Source: a virus
Virus record (IMG/VR): IMGVR_UViG_3300045912_000789
Location: 1-64,000 of that record
Strand: one strand, 5' to 3'
DNA: 64,000 bases
Shown in pieces: positions 62,228 through 64,000 of this stretch. The notes under the pieces are model-generated. The model was not told where the DNA came from. It searched no databases and was given only the letters and a program-made list of their open reading frames with translations. Each line of letters starts with the position of its first letter. The first letter of the stretch is position 1. Made by a program: the position numbers and the translations under genes.

Positions 62228-62560
62228 TCACTGTTTCCGGTTGCTGTGGTCGAAGATGATCGGGTTTCCGAGAGCGCACTCCGTGACCTGGACATCAGTA
62301 CACTGGAAGCACGCCCTAAGATCTCGTGTCTTGGCGGGACAGGCTTGGACGAGAGGCTCCACCTGCTTGAAGTTCTCGTCGATGAACGTCATGATCTTCA
62401 GTCGGATCTTGTCGACCTGCCGTTCAGGGAGGTCGATCTCTTCACCGAGGATGATCTTGGTGAGGACCTCGCGGCCGAGTCCTCTGTGTGCGTTGAGGTT
62501 GTTCTCCTGAGCGAGCAGCAGTAGCTCGCTGGCGTTCATCTCGTCAAGGAGATCCAGCAT
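62228..62560 (-). CDS. Rho-N-like plus Cys-cluster protein
   Basis: LDEMNASELLLLA..L..GR..L; CP..CFQC..C; GGAGG SD. Confidence 0.65.
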   Translation of the reverse strand: MLDLLDEMNASELLLLAQENNLNAHRGLGREVLTKIILGEEIDLPERQVDKIRLKIMTFIDENFKQVEPLVQACPAKTRDLRACFQCTDVQVTECALGNPIIFDHSNRKQ

Positions 62561-62798
62561 CGGAACCTCCCGTCGAGACGAACTTCACGGAGAAGCGGCT
62601 GTGCGGGCAGATCTTGCACCGGCTGCCGAAGTACTGGCTGAGGCAGAGAGCCCGCAGGACGACGGTACGCTTGCCCTTCTCCACGCGGAAGAAGTGGCCC
62701 TCGGCCTTGAAGACCGAGCCCCGTGCGTAGCACACGGCGTAGCGCGGATCGTCGGCCTTGTCCTTGTTCAGCGTGACCAGTTCGGTCGCCTTGCTCAT
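62544..62798 (-). CDS. Small zinc-binding protein
   Basis: ATGA coupling; C..C..CKICPH. Confidence 0.6.
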   Translation of the reverse strand: MSKATELVTLNKDKADDPRYAVCYARGSVFKAEGHFFRVEKGKRTVVLRALCLSQYFGSRCKICPHSRFSVKFVSTGGSDAGSP

Positions 62799-63391
62799 TC
62801 GTAGACCTTGTAGACGAGTACGATGCGGGGATCCAGACGATCTTCCCGCTTCTTGATAGCGACGTCGAGGTGCGCGGAATCGTCGATCCCGGTGCCCTTG
62901 ACGACGGCGTCTTCGATCAGCTTGATGTAGTTGCTGCCGTCCTTCTTCTGGTAGGGGGATCGGGGCTGGGGTTTCGCTGCCTTCTTCCCGGCCTTCGGCT
63001 TCTTCGGGACCGTCATGCTCCCGCCGACCTGCCACGCCCGGTTCAGGAGATCCTCCATGTAGAGCCAGATCGTGAGGTCAATGTGCCCCCCTTGCTTATA
63101 GACGGCATCCACCACGTGCTTCCACGCGATGGGCTGGGTGCCGAGCGCCGCAGCGGTGGCCGCCTTCAGCTTGTCCTCGAAGTTCCGGCCCTCCGCGGTC
63201 AGGAAGCGGTTCCCGACCCCTGAGTAGGCCTTGTTGATCGAGACCGGGCGGGGATCGCGGAGCACGGCCCAGAACTCGGTCGCCTGCACCCGCTGAGCTT
63301 CGTAGGCGCCGATGATCGACTTCTCGCGCTCCACCATCTCGACGTGGCGCCTGTTGTCGTCACCGGCGAAGAGGCCGAGCTGATCACCCAT
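62795..63391 (-). CDS. rusA: RusA-like Holliday junction resolvase
   Basis: PVSINKAY..DGSNYIKLIEDA..GIDDS..K..PR motifs. Confidence 0.75.
   Translation of the reverse strand: MGDQLGLFAGDDNRRHVEMVEREKSIIGAYEAQRVQATEFWAVLRDPRPVSINKAYSGVGNRFLTAEGRNFEDKLKAATAAALGTQPIAWKHVVDAVYKQGGHIDLTIWLYMEDLLNRAWQVGGSMTVPKKPKAGKKAAKPQPRSPYQKKDGSNYIKLIEDAVVKGTGIDDSAHLDVAIKKREDRLDPRIVLVYKVYE
63092..63102 (-). promoter_or_regulatory. Possible internal class A motif TCTATAAGCAA
   Basis: One mismatch to consensus; uses TAT and CAA codons that are rare in this genome. Confidence 0.4.
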
Positions 63392-63971
63392 CGTCCTTGC
63401 TCCCCTTCGACGGCGCGGCGCGCTCGAACTGCCCGCCGCTGCCCAGCGGCTGGCGGCGGACCTGGTCCTTCCGCCGGTTCTGGATGGTGTGATCTCGCAT
63501 CGACTGGTTGAACTCCAGCTCCCGCAACGCGATGATCCGGGAGAGCGCCTCGGCCTGCTTGCTGTAGACCTTGTAGTGCGCCTCCAGGATCTCCTTCATC
63601 GCGAAGAGCTTGAGCACCTCCATCTCGTAGTCGATCCGGATCGGATCCTCGCGGACCATCGCCGGCACCTCGGCCTTCGGCACGTCCCTCGCGAAGAGCT
63701 TGAGCTTCAGCTTCGCGTCGAGCTGCTTCAGGCTGGTGTTGGCGGCGCGGTAGGCGATCTCGGCCTTCACCAGCTCACCGTTCACGTATTGCGCGTGCGC
63801 GGTGTACTGGCTGTAGAGGTTGCCGAGTTGGTTGTTCGGCAGTTCGCTGATGTCCATGTCGGCGAGGTTCTCGGGAACGTTCGTCGGCTTCGGGTAGGGC
63901 AGCAGGCCGAGCCGGGCCGCCTGGTTCCCCACCTCAGCGAGGAGATCGTCGGCGTTCTTGAACTGCTCCAT
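63384..63971 (-). CDS. UvsY-like recombination mediator (helical)
   Basis: All-helical; Y..EL..AE..L..V..DP pattern; next to the resolvase; AAGGAGG SD. Confidence 0.5.
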   Translation of the reverse strand: MEQFKNADDLLAEVGNQAARLGLLPYPKPTNVPENLADMDISELPNNQLGNLYSQYTAHAQYVNGELVKAEIAYRAANTSLKQLDAKLKLKLFARDVPKAEVPAMVREDPIRIDYEMEVLKLFAMKEILEAHYKVYSKQAEALSRIIALRELEFNQSMRDHTIQNRRKDQVRRQPLGSGGQFERAAPSKGSKDDG

Positions 63972-64000
63972 CTCCTCCTTGTCGAGGAGCGGGGCGTTGT

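Noticed and set aside
1-64000. Stop-codon reassignment
   Set aside because: Genes tile densely under code 11, with TGA, TAG and TAA all acting as stops

Overview
This window is a segment of a large, very GC-rich (about 68-70% by eye) tailed-phage genome, probably a contractile-tailed myovirus or jumbo phage. The host is not determinable: the spanin-like pair, matrixin and receiver domain suggest a Gram-negative high-GC host such as Myxococcota (inference only). The + strand carries virion and lysis genes: a 1778-aa repeat tail fibre, a tape-measure-like protein, a putative hub, gp25-like and baseplate-J-like wedge proteins, a PKD-containing baseplate protein, a second fibre, an amidase and holin/spanin-like genes. 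It also carries a GroES co-chaperonin and a sigma70-family factor. Islands of small - strand genes interrupt these: nucleotidyltransferase, dNMP kinase, MazG-like/NADAR fusion, RNAP alpha-CTD-like protein, stand-alone receiver domain, RusA-like and UvsY-like proteins. The most interesting signals are regulatory. (1) A conserved CCTAT(A/C/G)AG motif, present 8-9 times, heads almost every - strand island and the sigma gene, and it sits in the loop of an inverted repeat whose 3' arm usually covers the RBS. (2) A -10-only TANNNT box lies exactly 6 nt before the start codon of nine genes, mostly structural, implying leaderless late mRNAs. It is often back-to-back with motif (1). (3) Two candidate structured small RNAs are present, one complementary to the RBS of a gene 19 kb away. 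(4) A textbook -1 frameshift site (G_GGA_AAC plus stem-loop) lies in a non-tail gene. No tRNA, rRNA, CRISPR array, transposase, integrase or reverse transcriptase was seen. All family calls come from motif recognition by eye, not database searches.
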